From Candidatus Aenigmatarchaeota archaeon (lineage in GTDB: Archaea; Aenigmatarchaeota; Aenigmatarchaeia; Aenigmatarchaeales; Aenigmatarchaeaceae): a DNA stretch of 64,000 nucleotides. Below the pieces are notes generated by a model, which was not told where the DNA came from, ran no database searches, and saw only the letters and a list, made by a program, of their open reading frames with translations. Below, piece by piece: positions 30,527 to 40,861 of the stretch (positions are counted from its first letter, which is position 1; each line of letters starts with the position of its first letter). The translations under genes and the position numbers were made by a program. The stretch spans positions 24,157 through 88,156 of the forward strand of contig JAZDKZ010000004.1 of assembly GCA_043802485.1 (NCBI GenBank), read 5' to 3'.

Positions 30527-31290
30527 ACCTCGCTTCTGCTGAAAAGGTAGCTGCCTATCATTATAAACACTATCGATATAACAGAAAGCGCTAAGAGGTC
30601 GACATAAATCGGAAAATAGGAAAAGCCAACCAAGGAGGCCCTCAAACCGTCAACGCCGTAGGTTATTGGGTCCATGAAAGCTAGAAGCTTCAGCCAGCTC
30701 GGAAGAGGGTCTAAAGGCGAGAAGGGCGATGAAAGGAATAGCAATGGAAATATCAGTATTGACATTATGAACTGGAAGCCCTCTATGCTCTGCAATTTCG
30801 AAGCTATTATCAGGCCTATGCCTATTGCAACAAAGGACGTCAGGAGCATGAAAGGAAGCGCAAAAATCAGGAGCGGTGAGATGCTGAATGAGACTCCCAT
30901 TATTATCGAGATTGTCAAAACGATAGTGGCTTGTACCATTGCGATTGTGGCGCCGCCAAGTATGGTGCCTATCACTATGGAAGTCCTGCTGACAGGAGCT
31001 ACCAGAACTTCCTGCAGGAAGCCGAACTGCCTGTCCCAAAGGATGGACAGGCCTGTGAACAATGATGGGAAGAGGATTGACCAGGCAATTATGCCTGGTG
31101 CAAGTATTTCCATATAGCCTATGCCGGCTGGTAGATCAGTAAAGGTTGCCGAACCAAGGCCGAACCCCAGAATAGCAAGGAACATGAAAGGCTGCACAAT
31201 GTTTGAGATCAGCCTTCCCTTGTCCCTGGAAAATCTTTTCAGCTGCCTCAGCCATATGACATATATTGCTTGGTAGTTTAGTGATAACAT
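30523..31290 (-). CDS. ABC-2 type transporter permease
   Basis: DRQFGFLQEVLVAPVSR, PITYGVDGLR. Confidence 0.92.
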   Translation of the reverse strand: MLSLNYQAIYVIWLRQLKRFSRDKGRLISNIVQPFMFLAILGFGLGSATFTDLPAGIGYMEILAPGIIAWSILFPSLFTGLSILWDRQFGFLQEVLVAPVSRTSIVIGTILGGATIAMVQATIVLTISIIMGVSFSISPLLIFALPFMLLTSFVAIGIGLIIASKLQSIEGFQFIMSILIFPLLFLSSPFSPLDPLPSWLKLLAFMDPITYGVDGLRASLVGFSYFPIYVDLLALSVISIVFIMIGSYLFSRSEV

Positions 31291-31295
31291 AAAAA

Positions 31296-32282
31296 TCAGT
31301 GCCTGAACCTTCTTTTGAATTGCTCGACATTGTTGCCCTCTTGTTCCCTTATCTTTCTCCCTGTATAGTAAAGGAAGACGTCCTCCAGGGTGGGCTTCCT
31401 TATGTCTATCGACTTTATCTTCACCTTGTTCTTCTCTGCAAGCTTTATTATGAAAGGCAGCCTCTTCTCGATTTCCTTGGCGCCTATGGTCACGCTGGAA
31501 TCATGGACCTTGATGCTTTCAACCCACCTCTGCTTCTTAAGCAATGCTGAGCAGACGCCCGTGTTGGAGCATCCTATTGTCAGGATGCTCTTGCCTATCT
31601 TTGCCTTTAGCTTTGAGGGCCTGTCAATGACAAGTATCTTGCCTTTGTCAATTATGGCGACCCTGTCGCAGAGATAGTCTGCCTCTTCCATGTAGTGGGT
31701 TGTCAGAAATATTGTGATGTTCTCCTTCTCGTTAAGAAGCTTGATATATTCCCATATTGTCCTTCTTGTCTGAGGGTCAAGCCCCAATGTAGGCTCGTCC
31801 AGGAACAAAACTTTTGGAAAGTGCATAAGGCCCCTGGCTATCTCCAATCTTCTTTTCATGCCACCAGAATATTTCTTCACCAGAACATTGGCCTTTTCCT
31901 CAAGGTCAACCAGCTTTATGACTTCCTTTATTCTCTTTTCTCGCTGGTCTTTTTTCAGACCGTACATCCTTGCATGAAAGTCCAGATTTTCCTTGCCTGT
32001 CAGGCTGTCGTCCAAAGCAGGCTCCTGGAAAACTATGCCTATGTCGCCTCTTACCTTGTCAGGATCCTTTATTATGTCACGACTGACAACCTTTGAGGTT
32101 CCTGAAGTGGGCCTCAGAAGCGTGACAAGCATCTTTATTGTCGTGGTTTTGCCTGCGCCGTTAGGTCCCAAGAATCCGAATATTTCTCCTTTCTTGACGT
32201 CAAAAGAAACGCCGTCAACAGCCTTTGTATCCTTGTAATGTTTCTTGAGGTTCTCAACCTTTATTATCGACCTTTCAGCCAT
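31296..32282 (-). CDS. ABC transporter ATP-binding protein (DrrA-like)
   Basis: GPNGAGKTT, YSGGM, LDEPT, TTHYMEEA, PTLEDVF. Confidence 0.95.
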   Translation of the reverse strand: MAERSIIKVENLKKHYKDTKAVDGVSFDVKKGEIFGFLGPNGAGKTTTIKMLVTLLRPTSGTSKVVSRDIIKDPDKVRGDIGIVFQEPALDDSLTGKENLDFHARMYGLKKDQREKRIKEVIKLVDLEEKANVLVKKYSGGMKRRLEIARGLMHFPKVLFLDEPTLGLDPQTRRTIWEYIKLLNEKENITIFLTTHYMEEADYLCDRVAIIDKGKILVIDRPSKLKAKIGKSILTIGCSNTGVCSALLKKQRWVESIKVHDSSVTIGAKEIEKRLPFIIKLAEKNKVKIKSIDIRKPTLEDVFLYYTGRKIREQEGNNVEQFKRRFRH

Positions 32283-32342
32283 TTGAAATAAATTGGATTG
32301 ACCCTAATTAAAGCTTTTTTACCTGCAATACAATATTATTTT

Positions 32343-32813
32343 ATGAACAAATGGCTCAAACTGATAATTTCAATTGTTGCTTGCCAGCTGGCAGGAATAA
32401 TAGGCTCGGTGTTTACAACATCATCTATAACAACGTGGTACGTCGGTCTGGAGAAGCCATGGTTCACCCCACCCAACTGGCTGTTCGGTCCGGTGTGGAT
32501 TACACTGTATACGCTGATGGGCATCTCGCTCTTTTGGATATGGCAGAAAGGACCGTCCAAAGCAAATGTGAGAAGCGCGCTGCTGGCGTTCTTCGGTCAG
32601 CTTGCAATCAACGCAGTATGGTCGATAGTGTTCTTCGGCCTGCAGGCCCCCCTGTATGCGCTGGTGCTGATAGTAATGATGTGGGCATTGATTCTACTTA
32701 CGATAACAATGTTCTACAAGATAGACAAGAAGGCTGCTCTGATACTGATTCCCTACATAGCATGGGTGACAGTAGCAACGTTCCTAAATTATTATGTTTG
32801 GATTCTCAACTGA
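32343..32813 (+). CDS. tspO: TspO/MBR family protein
   Basis: WY..LEKPWFTPPNWLFGPVW, LIPYIAWVTVATFLN. Confidence 0.93.
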   Translation: MNKWLKLIISIVACQLAGIIGSVFTTSSITTWYVGLEKPWFTPPNWLFGPVWITLYTLMGISLFWIWQKGPSKANVRSALLAFFGQLAINAVWSIVFFGLQAPLYALVLIVMMWALILLTITMFYKIDKKAALILIPYIAWVTVATFLNYYVWILN

Positions 32814-32815
32814 TC

Positions 32816-33352
32816 TCACATGAACATGTAGATCTTAGTCTCGCCCATCTTTCTCTTGACCTGGTCGATAATCTTATACGGCTCAAAGCAGAAAAGGTAG
32901 TTGGGCTTTGATTCAACAATCCCCAAGGAGCTTCTGGAAATTATATTGAAGGAATTATCGTACAGTGTGTGCTTCTTGTTTTCGAGTTCATCAAGGTCTT
33001 TGTGGTGCGCAAAGATGAATACCTTCTCACCAAAGTTTTCCTTGTAGGGATCCGGCTTTAGAATGGTTCTTACAGTATAGTCTTGTGACGTCATGTTTCT
33101 TGAACGTAGCTTCTCATCAAGGTACCTTGCTCCGCTGATGCTCTTGGGCGGATGGCTCAGCCTCTCCTCAGCAGGCATTGACCTTCCAAGGGGGGTGTAC
33201 TTGAAGATCTCATTTTTTTTCATGTAGAAGGGAAATGTTACAGAATCTTTCATCAAGCCGAAATTGTCAACCATAGCTATGCTAATGATATTACTGAAAC
33301 TTTTGGCATCCAAGCCTTTAGAGAGCCTTTTCTCTATACTGTTTATGTCCAT
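32816..33352 (-). CDS. Hypothetical protein
   Basis: 178 aa ORF, divergent TATA upstream. Confidence 0.65.
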   Translation of the reverse strand: MDINSIEKRLSKGLDAKSFSNIISIAMVDNFGLMKDSVTFPFYMKKNEIFKYTPLGRSMPAEERLSHPPKSISGARYLDEKLRSRNMTSQDYTVRTILKPDPYKENFGEKVFIFAHHKDLDELENKKHTLYDNSFNIISRSSLGIVESKPNYLFCFEPYKIIDQVKRKMGETKIYMFM

Positions 33353-33410
33353 ATCCAGAGTTTGCTAGAAAATTATTTAAGCTTAAATTGTTTTTCACCT
33401 AATGATAATC

Positions 33411-33641
33411 ATGTTTGATAAAAAGCCCAGTGATGAGTTTAAAAAAGTTGCCGGAGAAATCGACAAAGCTATCGGAGAGAATAGGAGAAAAGGGATAAAT
33501 TACGTTGAGGTCACCTCTTATCAGTGGAATGTTCTGCTTAAGAACGATGATTTTGAAAAACAGGTAAATAAAAGAAACGCCAATATGGGCGGATATGAGA
33601 TAAGAAAAGGTATTGAATTCAAAGTACACCTTTCTTATTGA
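33411..33641 (+). CDS. Hypothetical protein
   Basis: ATG 28 bp after TTAAATTGTTTT. Confidence 0.6.
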   Translation: MFDKKPSDEFKKVAGEIDKAIGENRRKGINYVEVTSYQWNVLLKNDDFEKQVNKRNANMGGYEIRKGIEFKVHLSY

Positions 33642-34276
33642 TTTTCTTTGATTCTTTTGTCACAGATGTCCTTGTAGGAACAGGTTGCGCATTTCTTTGG
33701 GTTCTTCGTAGGCTCGAACTCGCGCTTGCCCATTGCCAGCTCGTGCAGACGGTTCACCTTCTCCTCGAGGAACTCTACCCACTCCTGGGAAAGAACGTCC
33801 TCCCATGTTATGTCGCCGCTGTCCCTGTTCTGTATTCTCATGTAAATGTCCAGAGGCGGCCTGTACTGGTCCTTGAAGGCCATGGCATAGGCTATTATCT
33901 GGGACTTGTCAGAAAGATAGGTATATTCCCCAGGCTTGTCGTCAGCAACTATGATGCCTCCGGGGCTTATCTCGACAAAGTCTATGACTCCGAAAATCCT
34001 GAACGTCGGGGAGATTATGAAGACCTCCCTTCCTGAAAAGCTTTCGTCGTTCTCAATGGCTCTCTTTATTGCGTTCTTTATCCCGACCTGCTCCAGTTCT
34101 TTTGTCTTGTCCTCAAAGTCCTTGAACTTCTGCTGGTGCACCTCCGTCCCCTTCTTCATGGCAGGCGTCTCCTTCTTTATCCCCTGCCACTTGTACTTCA
34201 ACTGCACCTCGCAGTAGGACTGCTGGTGGAACTCGGAGATGGCGATCCAGGAGTTGCCGTTAGAATCAATTCGCAT
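33635..34276 (-). CDS. Solo Cas4-like PD-(D/E)xK nuclease with Fe-S cysteines
   Basis: YC, G..VH, GVID, DDK, QIIAY, C-terminal CATCSYKDIC. Confidence 0.85.
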   Translation of the reverse strand: MRIDSNGNSWIAISEFHQQSYCEVQLKYKWQGIKKETPAMKKGTEVHQQKFKDFEDKTKELEQVGIKNAIKRAIENDESFSGREVFIISPTFRIFGVIDFVEISPGGIIVADDKPGEYTYLSDKSQIIAYAMAFKDQYRPPLDIYMRIQNRDSGDITWEDVLSQEWVEFLEEKVNRLHELAMGKREFEPTKNPKKCATCSYKDICDKRIKENQ

Positions 34277-34291
34277 GTTTATATTATGTTT

Positions 34292-34915
34292 TCAAATTTT
34301 TTTAAGCATGTCCTCGTTTTCTTTCAGGTCTATGAGATAACGAAACATGTCCTTCATAATAACCTCCCCCCTTCTCCTTTCATGTAGAGTAAGCCTGAGA
34401 ACAGGGGCTTTGTATTGCTTAAAGGAAGGATATTGATAATGGCCGTTCGTGGCCTCATAAATGATATGTCCTATATAAGGACATTCTTCATCGCTGTCGA
34501 TTTCTCCTATGGGTATGAAGTATTCTCGCGTTTCTATTTTCCTTTTTCCCTTTCTTCTAACATTTTTTACACTACCTCTTATAGCTTTGCCGAAAAACAA
34601 TTCTAAATCTTTATCCAAAAAAATATTCTCCAATGATTGGTTAACTATTTCGACATCTACACCACTCAAATTAATTTTTGGCATGGCGTCTACACACGTA
34701 TAGTCTATAAGAAACGAACTTTGTTCTTTCAACAGCACTCGGTTTACAGAGAAATCCACATCCCTTATAACAGAACACTCGTCCTCGATAGGATACCTTT
34801 TCAATTGTCTCTTCATTTGACTTTCCAAACGATTTATGCCAGGAAAGGTTGACGCAGGAACAAAGCGACATATTCTGTATATTTCTTCAAATATGCTATC
34901 GCATTTTGTAGACAT
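34292..34915 (-). CDS. Hypothetical protein
   Basis: 207 aa ORF from MSTKC. Confidence 0.6.
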   Translation of the reverse strand: MSTKCDSIFEEIYRICRFVPASTFPGINRLESQMKRQLKRYPIEDECSVIRDVDFSVNRVLLKEQSSFLIDYTCVDAMPKINLSGVDVEIVNQSLENIFLDKDLELFFGKAIRGSVKNVRRKGKRKIETREYFIPIGEIDSDEECPYIGHIIYEATNGHYQYPSFKQYKAPVLRLTLHERRRGEVIMKDMFRYLIDLKENEDMLKKI

Positions 34916-35013
34916 TATATTATTTTTCTTCAATTAAAGATTTAAACATTAAAAGTTCCTAATCAGAATAGATTTTATATAAAAGCGTCAAATATGATAT
35001 ATCTGTGATTTGT

Positions 35014-36753
35014 ATGAAGTCCCTAAGCCACAGCGGCATAATAATACCAGAGTACGAGCCCGAGGGCTTTAGCATAAAATTCAAAGGCAATTCTATCAAA
35101 CTCGACCCTCACCAAGAGGAGATGGCTATTGCCTGGGTAAGAAAGCTGGGAACACCTTATACAGAGGACAAGATTTTCATAAAGAATTTCTTCAAGGATT
35201 TCTGCAGAGCTCTCAAAGTGAAAGGCAGCGTAGATGATTTTGATTTCTCGGAGATAATTAGATTTGTGGAAGCTGAAAGAGAAAGAAAACAGAACATGCC
35301 CAAAGAAGAGAAGAAGAAGCTGACAGAGGAGAGGAAGGCTGTGCGAGAGGCCAACAAGGAAGACTATGGCTTTGCCGTGATTGATGGGGATAGGGTCGCT
35401 TTAGGGAATTATATGGCAGAGCCTAGCGGCATATTCATGGGAAGGGGCAAGCATCCTCTGCGCGGCAGCTGGAAGCAGGGGGCAAAGCACAGCGATATCA
35501 TTCTCAACATGTCGCCGGATTCCAAAAGGCCGCCAGGCAGCTGGAAGGAGATTGTATGGATGCCTGAATGTATTTGGATTGCAAAATGGACCGACAAGTT
35601 GACAGGAAAGGAGAAATACATCTGGCTAGCAGAAAATTCCCCTATAAAGCAGGAGAGGGAGATGAAAAAGTTCGACAAGGCGACTGAATTGGAAAAGAAC
35701 CGGGACAATATACGCGAATACATAAAGAAAGGCCTTGTATCTGATGATGAAAGAACGAGAAAGGTCGCAACCGTTTGCTATCTGATCGAAACAGTGTGCA
35801 TGCGTGTGGGCGACGAGAAGGACGAAGACGAGGCTAACACTGTCGGCGCCTCAACGCTTGCAAAGAACCACATAACCATAGAAGGCAACACCGTAAAGTT
35901 CGACTTTCTTGGAAAAGACTCTGTGAGATGGATAAAGGAGATGGACGCTCCTGATGAGGTTGTCAGCAACCTGAAGGAATTCATGAGCGGCTCCGACGAT
36001 CTGATTTTCGACGGCATAAGGTCTGAGAATGTCAACGAGTTCCTGGGGCAGGCTATGGAAGGCCTGACGTCAAAGGTGTTCAGGACCTGCAGCGCGACAA
36101 AGGCTGTGAAGGATTTCCTGGAAAATAACAAGGTAAGCAAGGACGCTTCAGAGTACTACAAGAAGCACGTCGCCAAAATGGCCAACCTTGAGGCTGCCAG
36201 AATCTGCAACCACAAGAGAACCATACCCAAGAGCTGGCAGCAGTCTCTGGAAAATAAAAAGGTCCGGCTGAAAGCCAATAAGAAAAAGGCAAAACAGAAC
36301 ATAGAAAACTATATGAAAAGGATAGACGACCTCAAGAAAAGGCACGAGCAGCAGAGCAAAAATTACGATACTAAGCTGGAAGAAGAAACCAGGAAAATGG
36401 AGCAGTACCAGAAGGAAGGCAGGGAGAAGATGGCTTCCTCTAAGAAGAAGGCGATAGAAAACATCAGGAAGCGCGTCAGGGTTCTCAATAAAAATTACAG
36501 CAGCAGGCTTGACAAGCTGAAGAGCATGCTGGAGAAAAGGAAGATGGCGGACAAGGAGAACATCAAAAGGGCCGAGCTGCAGCTAGAGGAGCAGGAGAAG
36601 ACAAAGGACTACAACCTGAACACGTCGCTGAAGAGCTACGTAGATCCGAGGGCGTACTACAGATGGTTCAGGAAATACGGCTATGACTGGAAGAAATACT
36701 ATTCGTCGACCCTTCAGAAAAAGTTCTCTTGGGTAGAGAAAGAAGAATGTTAA
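35014..36753 (+). CDS. DNA topoisomerase IB (eukaryote/Thaumarchaeota-like large form)
   Basis: EPSGIFMGRGKHPLRG; catalytic R (MRVGDEK), K (FLGKDS), R (KVFRT), H (CNH), Y (SLKSYVDPR); coiled-coil linker. Confidence 0.95.
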   Translation: MKSLSHSGIIIPEYEPEGFSIKFKGNSIKLDPHQEEMAIAWVRKLGTPYTEDKIFIKNFFKDFCRALKVKGSVDDFDFSEIIRFVEAERERKQNMPKEEKKKLTEERKAVREANKEDYGFAVIDGDRVALGNYMAEPSGIFMGRGKHPLRGSWKQGAKHSDIILNMSPDSKRPPGSWKEIVWMPECIWIAKWTDKLTGKEKYIWLAENSPIKQEREMKKFDKATELEKNRDNIREYIKKGLVSDDERTRKVATVCYLIETVCMRVGDEKDEDEANTVGASTLAKNHITIEGNTVKFDFLGKDSVRWIKEMDAPDEVVSNLKEFMSGSDDLIFDGIRSENVNEFLGQAMEGLTSKVFRTCSATKAVKDFLENNKVSKDASEYYKKHVAKMANLEAARICNHKRTIPKSWQQSLENKKVRLKANKKKAKQNIENYMKRIDDLKKRHEQQSKNYDTKLEEETRKMEQYQKEGREKMASSKKKAIENIRKRVRVLNKNYSSRLDKLKSMLEKRKMADKENIKRAELQLEEQEKTKDYNLNTSLKSYVDPRAYYRWFRKYGYDWKKYYSSTLQKKFSWVEKEEC

Positions 36754-36787
36754 GAAATATTAATCAGGTATTATCTATAATTCTAGT

Positions 36788-37693
36788 ATGAAATTTGTCG
36801 TATTGTTGCTGTTAATTCTACTGGTGGCAGGGTGCGTTGAGCAGCAGGTGGAGTACCTGTACGTCTGCCCAGACGGCTCGACTGTAACACAAAGGCTGGA
36901 CTGCGTGAAACCTGTGGTAGAGGAAGAGATAGTTCCGATAGATTACCCGGCCGAAAGCGATTACAACGCGAGCGACATCGAGAAGGCCATATTCAATCTT
37001 GTCAATGACAGGAGGGCGCAGTACGGCATAAAGAGCCTCAAGTGGAACAATGACATAGCAAGTATCGCAAAGAACAAGAGCAAGGAAATGGCTGACAGCA
37101 ATTATTTCAACCATGTCAATCCGGACGGAGTGGGTTTCTCCGACACGCTCAGGGAGAACGAGATATTCTATCTGGCCGCAAGCGAGAACATAGCCATGGT
37201 GGGCAACGCAGCCAAGGACCTTGCGGAGACAGCAGTAGAGGGTTGGCTTGACAGCCCGTCGCACCGAGTTCCCATACTCGACCACGACGAGATATACACA
37301 GACACCGGCGTTGGCGTCTACTGCGAGAAAAGCATATGCTACTTTACCATGCAGTTCGTGAACCTGGAAAAGAACATTGACGTATCGTTGAAAACAAGGT
37401 ACGGAACGTTCATCTACATCTACGACCCTGCCCTGGACTTTGAGTACGACACCTTCGTTATGCTGGAGGTCAACTCCACAAGGAACACGGACACCTATGT
37501 TGTGGATGATTCTGACATATTCGACCTGTTCATGCAGGGCTATCCCGTGTACTCGGAAAGGGTGTTCAAGCACATGAGCTATGTCAACACGTCCCTGATT
37601 GCAAAGAAGGGCTACGGCATCATACTCTATTCTGATCCAGAGTGGGTGTTCAGCGACGCGCAGGTGAGTGTGAGGCTGCGCTACGTCGTATGA
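36788..37693 (+). CDS. CAP/SCP domain secreted protein
   Basis: Lipobox-like VAGC, CPDG, LVNDRR, YFNH, ENIA, WLDSPSHR. Confidence 0.88.
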   Translation: MKFVVLLLLILLVAGCVEQQVEYLYVCPDGSTVTQRLDCVKPVVEEEIVPIDYPAESDYNASDIEKAIFNLVNDRRAQYGIKSLKWNNDIASIAKNKSKEMADSNYFNHVNPDGVGFSDTLRENEIFYLAASENIAMVGNAAKDLAETAVEGWLDSPSHRVPILDHDEIYTDTGVGVYCEKSICYFTMQFVNLEKNIDVSLKTRYGTFIYIYDPALDFEYDTFVMLEVNSTRNTDTYVVDDSDIFDLFMQGYPVYSERVFKHMSYVNTSLIAKKGYGIILYSDPEWVFSDAQVSVRLRYVV

Positions 37694-37789
37694 AGCCTTA
37701 ATATTGTTCATGAACGATGCGGACAAGTTTGACGTCTCCAAGGCAGAGGCTTCTCTATTCTTTAAATTTTTTAGATTAGAACGTTTTTT

Positions 37790-37996
37790 ATGAACAAAAA
37801 AGACAAGAGTATTTTTAAGCAAGCTAAACGTGTTGTAAAGAATCTGGAAGATAACATATACAAAGGCCGCGTGCTGATTGAAACTTTAAAGGAAAACGGA
37901 ATATACGCACAGAACTATCCGTCACTTATTCAGGCAATTGCCGATAACTGCCCATGGCTGACAAGACTTGGTGACGATGAATACAAAAAGTCTTAA
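37790..37996 (+). CDS. Hypothetical protein
   Basis: 68 aa, TATA upstream. Confidence 0.55.
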   Translation: MNKKDKSIFKQAKRVVKNLEDNIYKGRVLIETLKENGIYAQNYPSLIQAIADNCPWLTRLGDDEYKKS

Positions 37997-38035
37997 AATA
38001 ATCCGTCTTAAATTGTTTTCTAATCAATTCTTTTC

Positions 38036-38446
38036 ATGGTCAACGAATTTCTTGTCTGCGAGGCAGAGCTAAATTGGCCCAGACTTTACAGACCTGTGGG
38101 TGAAAGGTTTTACTATATCATGGATGGGGACAGGGATTTATGTTCAAGGGCAAAATGCACTACCATGGAGGATATAGCAGACCATCTGGTAGAGGGAGTT
38201 CTCCTGTCAAAAACCTTGTCTTCGGGCGATATGATACTCTACAATCCAACTTTTTTATCAGACTGCAGGTCTGCGGAATGCTTTCTCTACAAGGGGCCTG
38301 CTCTGGTGGATGCTTATTACTACAAACCACTTGATGTGGAGAAAAGGGCTGTTCTTGAGAACAGCCTGGAAAGAATGGGAATGAAATGCCGGAAGCTGAA
38401 AGACCCTGACAAGGTAGTTGTAAAAAAGCTCAAAAGAATCAGATAA
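38036..38446 (+). CDS. Hypothetical protein
   Basis: 136 aa, ATG 28 bp after TTAAATTGTTTT. Confidence 0.65.
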   Translation: MVNEFLVCEAELNWPRLYRPVGERFYYIMDGDRDLCSRAKCTTMEDIADHLVEGVLLSKTLSSGDMILYNPTFLSDCRSAECFLYKGPALVDAYYYKPLDVEKRAVLENSLERMGMKCRKLKDPDKVVVKKLKRIR

Positions 38447-38495
38447 CCCTACGTCTTTCTATCGTTTTAAATAATTTTGTTATCAATGACCTTTC

Positions 38496-38876
38496 ATGGC
38501 GTTTGCGGTTAGAGCTAAAAGAGAAAACGGAAAGGTGAGACAGGAAGATATCGACTGGCTAGAATCCTTAAGAACCGAAGCCCTTGAAAGAGGCCTTACC
38601 ACTTATCATTCAAACGACCCTGAAGCATGCGTAACTATCAATAGAAAAATAAACTATCCCGACATTGCAAAATTTTTGGATTTGCCAGATTATCTGAGAA
38701 AAACCGTCAAGCCGCTCCTAATGCTGGGCAGAGCCACGGCAGACGAGGTGGCTGAATACACTGGAAGGGCAAGGGGTACGGAAAGCAGGTGCCTAAACCA
38801 GCTGACGGTAATGGATTACTTGAAAAGTGAAAGGGAAAGGAAGCTTAAAGGAAAGACATGTTTTTCTATAAAGTAA
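38496..38876 (+). CDS. Winged-helix transcription regulator
   Basis: LPDYLRKT...ATADEVAEYTGRARGTESRCLNQL. Confidence 0.75.
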   Translation: MAFAVRAKRENGKVRQEDIDWLESLRTEALERGLTTYHSNDPEACVTINRKINYPDIAKFLDLPDYLRKTVKPLLMLGRATADEVAEYTGRARGTESRCLNQLTVMDYLKSERERKLKGKTCFSIK

Positions 38877-38879
38877 TTT

Positions 38880-39167
38880 TTACTCTTGCGGAACCTTGTA
38901 GGCGGTTCCATTGAATTTGTAACCATCTATACCATCCACATCTGATGTGGAAATCACACTTATGATTCTTGCGCCATGAGCAAGCTCTAACTCGCTGAGA
39001 TAGTTGTCCTGCATAAAGGAAACCATTTTCTTGATATAACCCTTTTTGACATGTTCGACGACTCTGGTTCCTGGCAATATCAATATATTTTCTACATGTT
39101 TACTTATTTTTTCCAGGTCTTCTGTTATGCAAGAGGTGTTTCTTCGTGCCTTGAAAAGTGTTTCCAT
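38880..39167 (-). CDS. Hypothetical protein
   Basis: 95 aa ORF. Confidence 0.55.
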   Translation of the reverse strand: METLFKARRNTSCITEDLEKISKHVENILILPGTRVVEHVKKGYIKKMVSFMQDNYLSELELAHGARIISVISTSDVDGIDGYKFNGTAYKVPQE

Positions 39168-39225
39168 ACCTATAAAAGTCCAGAAAGGCTTAAATGTCTT
39201 TTCCTCTATTAATTTAATTGATTGA

Positions 39226-39441
39226 ATGTGTAATGAATGCTATGTGGATATCCGTCTTTCTCCTGGAACGAATCTAAAGGAATGCGGGGATAAATTGATA
39301 AAACTTGGTCTGGCATCTTATTATCAACCTTATAAACCGACGTCGGAAAAAAATTATATCTTGGATGCCAAGATAGATGTAGAATCATTGGTAGCTATCA
39401 GGAACCTTCCGGAAGTGGAAAGGGCAAGCGTTAAATTCTGA
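39226..39441 (+). CDS. Hypothetical protein
   Basis: 71 aa ORF. Confidence 0.55.
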   Translation: MCNECYVDIRLSPGTNLKECGDKLIKLGLASYYQPYKPTSEKNYILDAKIDVESLVAIRNLPEVERASVKF

Positions 39442-39485
39442 TTTTCTGAAATTCTATTTAAATTGTTTTGGAGCTTAGAAGTCTT

Positions 39486-40100
39486 ATGAACCACCTTGGA
39501 ATAGATTGGAAGGACCAGAAAAGGCACATAGCGACATGGCAGAAAATGCTGTGCATGGCTACAGAGAAGCTTTTAACGTCCTCCAGCAATTTCGAGCTGT
39601 CCAGCCAAAACGAGGCAGGCTATTTCTATCGCGTCAGGAATAGCGATGGCTATGAACAGATGAAAACTGTGTGGAAAAACCAGGGCAAGGTCCCAGAAGA
39701 GTGGATGACCAGGGACAACTATCCCGGAATGCAGACAGCCATGTTCGATCCGGTGAACACCTTTGCCTCATCAATCATGCCTGTTATGGTGTTAAGACTT
39801 TATTTCAAGGACGGCTACATGATATTCGACAGGCTCAATAAGGACCACAAGAAATTGTCAGAATCTTGGAAAGGTGACGGAAAGCCCAACTCATGGGACG
39901 TTTTGAAAGACAGGGAATACTCTATGAAATCAAAAATAGAATCAAACTTTTATCCGTCGCACAAAAAGTTTTTTGAGGAAAACAGTTTTGGCGGCATTGT
40001 CGGTTATCCTGTTGTGGGTTACCACGACGCTTTCGTCTCTCCTGTGGCTGTACTGGAAGATTCCATAGAAAGAATAGATTTTCTTGGAAACGTCAGATAA
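39486..40100 (+). CDS. Hypothetical protein
   Basis: ATG 28 bp after TTAAATTGTTTT. Confidence 0.65.
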   Translation: MNHLGIDWKDQKRHIATWQKMLCMATEKLLTSSSNFELSSQNEAGYFYRVRNSDGYEQMKTVWKNQGKVPEEWMTRDNYPGMQTAMFDPVNTFASSIMPVMVLRLYFKDGYMIFDRLNKDHKKLSESWKGDGKPNSWDVLKDREYSMKSKIESNFYPSHKKFFEENSFGGIVGYPVVGYHDAFVSPVAVLEDSIERIDFLGNVR

Positions 40101-40103
40101 TTT

Positions 40104-40778
40104 CTATTCCAATATCTTCAGCAGGTCCTTTATGTCGTTAAGGACATAGTCCGGCTTGACCCGGGATACCTCGCACATGGTGGGGTCGTAGCCGTACTTG
40201 GCATAGGCGGTCTTGAAGCCCATCTTTCTCGCAGGTGCAATGTCCCTTCCCAGCGAATCTCCCACCATCAAACATTCCTTTGGCTCGACGCCAAGTTTCT
40301 TCAGAGCATAAAGAAACGGCTTCTTGTTGGGCTTTTTTACCTTGGTGTCGTCAAAAGTTATTACACAGTCAAACTTGTCCTGTATCCCCATGGCAGCAAG
40401 CCTTAACCATGCCTGTATCCTAGGAGCGTCGGATATGATTGCCAACTTGTATTTTTTCCTCAGCTTGTTTAGTGTTGGAACAACGTTAGGATACGGATAT
40501 ATCAGACCGTTCTTCACCCTCCTGTAGGCGACTATGCCTGAGGCCATTATGCCGTAATCCACCTTGCCTATGACGTTCTTCAGGAACAATTGGAATATCT
40601 TCTGGTACTCTAGACCCTTCTTGGAGTAGAGATGAAACAGCGTGTCCATGCCCTTCTTCTTGTCTATCTTCAAACCGGCCTTTATCATGGCTTCCATGGC
40701 CGCCTCGCAGCTAAGGGTCTTCATGCGCATGAAGTCTATCAGCGTGTTGTCCAGATCGAATATGACAACCTTTATCAT
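40104..40778 (-). CDS. HAD-superfamily hydrolase, subfamily IA
   Basis: FDLDNTL, ISD, KKP, MVGDSLGRDI. Confidence 0.92.
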   Translation of the reverse strand: MIKVVIFDLDNTLIDFMRMKTLSCEAAMEAMIKAGLKIDKKKGMDTLFHLYSKKGLEYQKIFQLFLKNVIGKVDYGIMASGIVAYRRVKNGLIYPYPNVVPTLNKLRKKYKLAIISDAPRIQAWLRLAAMGIQDKFDCVITFDDTKVKKPNKKPFLYALKKLGVEPKECLMVGDSLGRDIAPARKMGFKTAYAKYGYDPTMCEVSRVKPDYVLNDIKDLLKILE

Positions 40779-40861
40779 TAAGATATGTTTGTTTTTCCGG
40801 AACTTAAATCGTTTTTGGAAAAGCGTAAAAAGTTTCCTGTTCAATTATATTTTGTGAGTTT

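Noticed and set aside
36818..37822. 334-aa minus-strand ORF
   Set aside because: Antisense shadow of the well-supported CAP-domain gene
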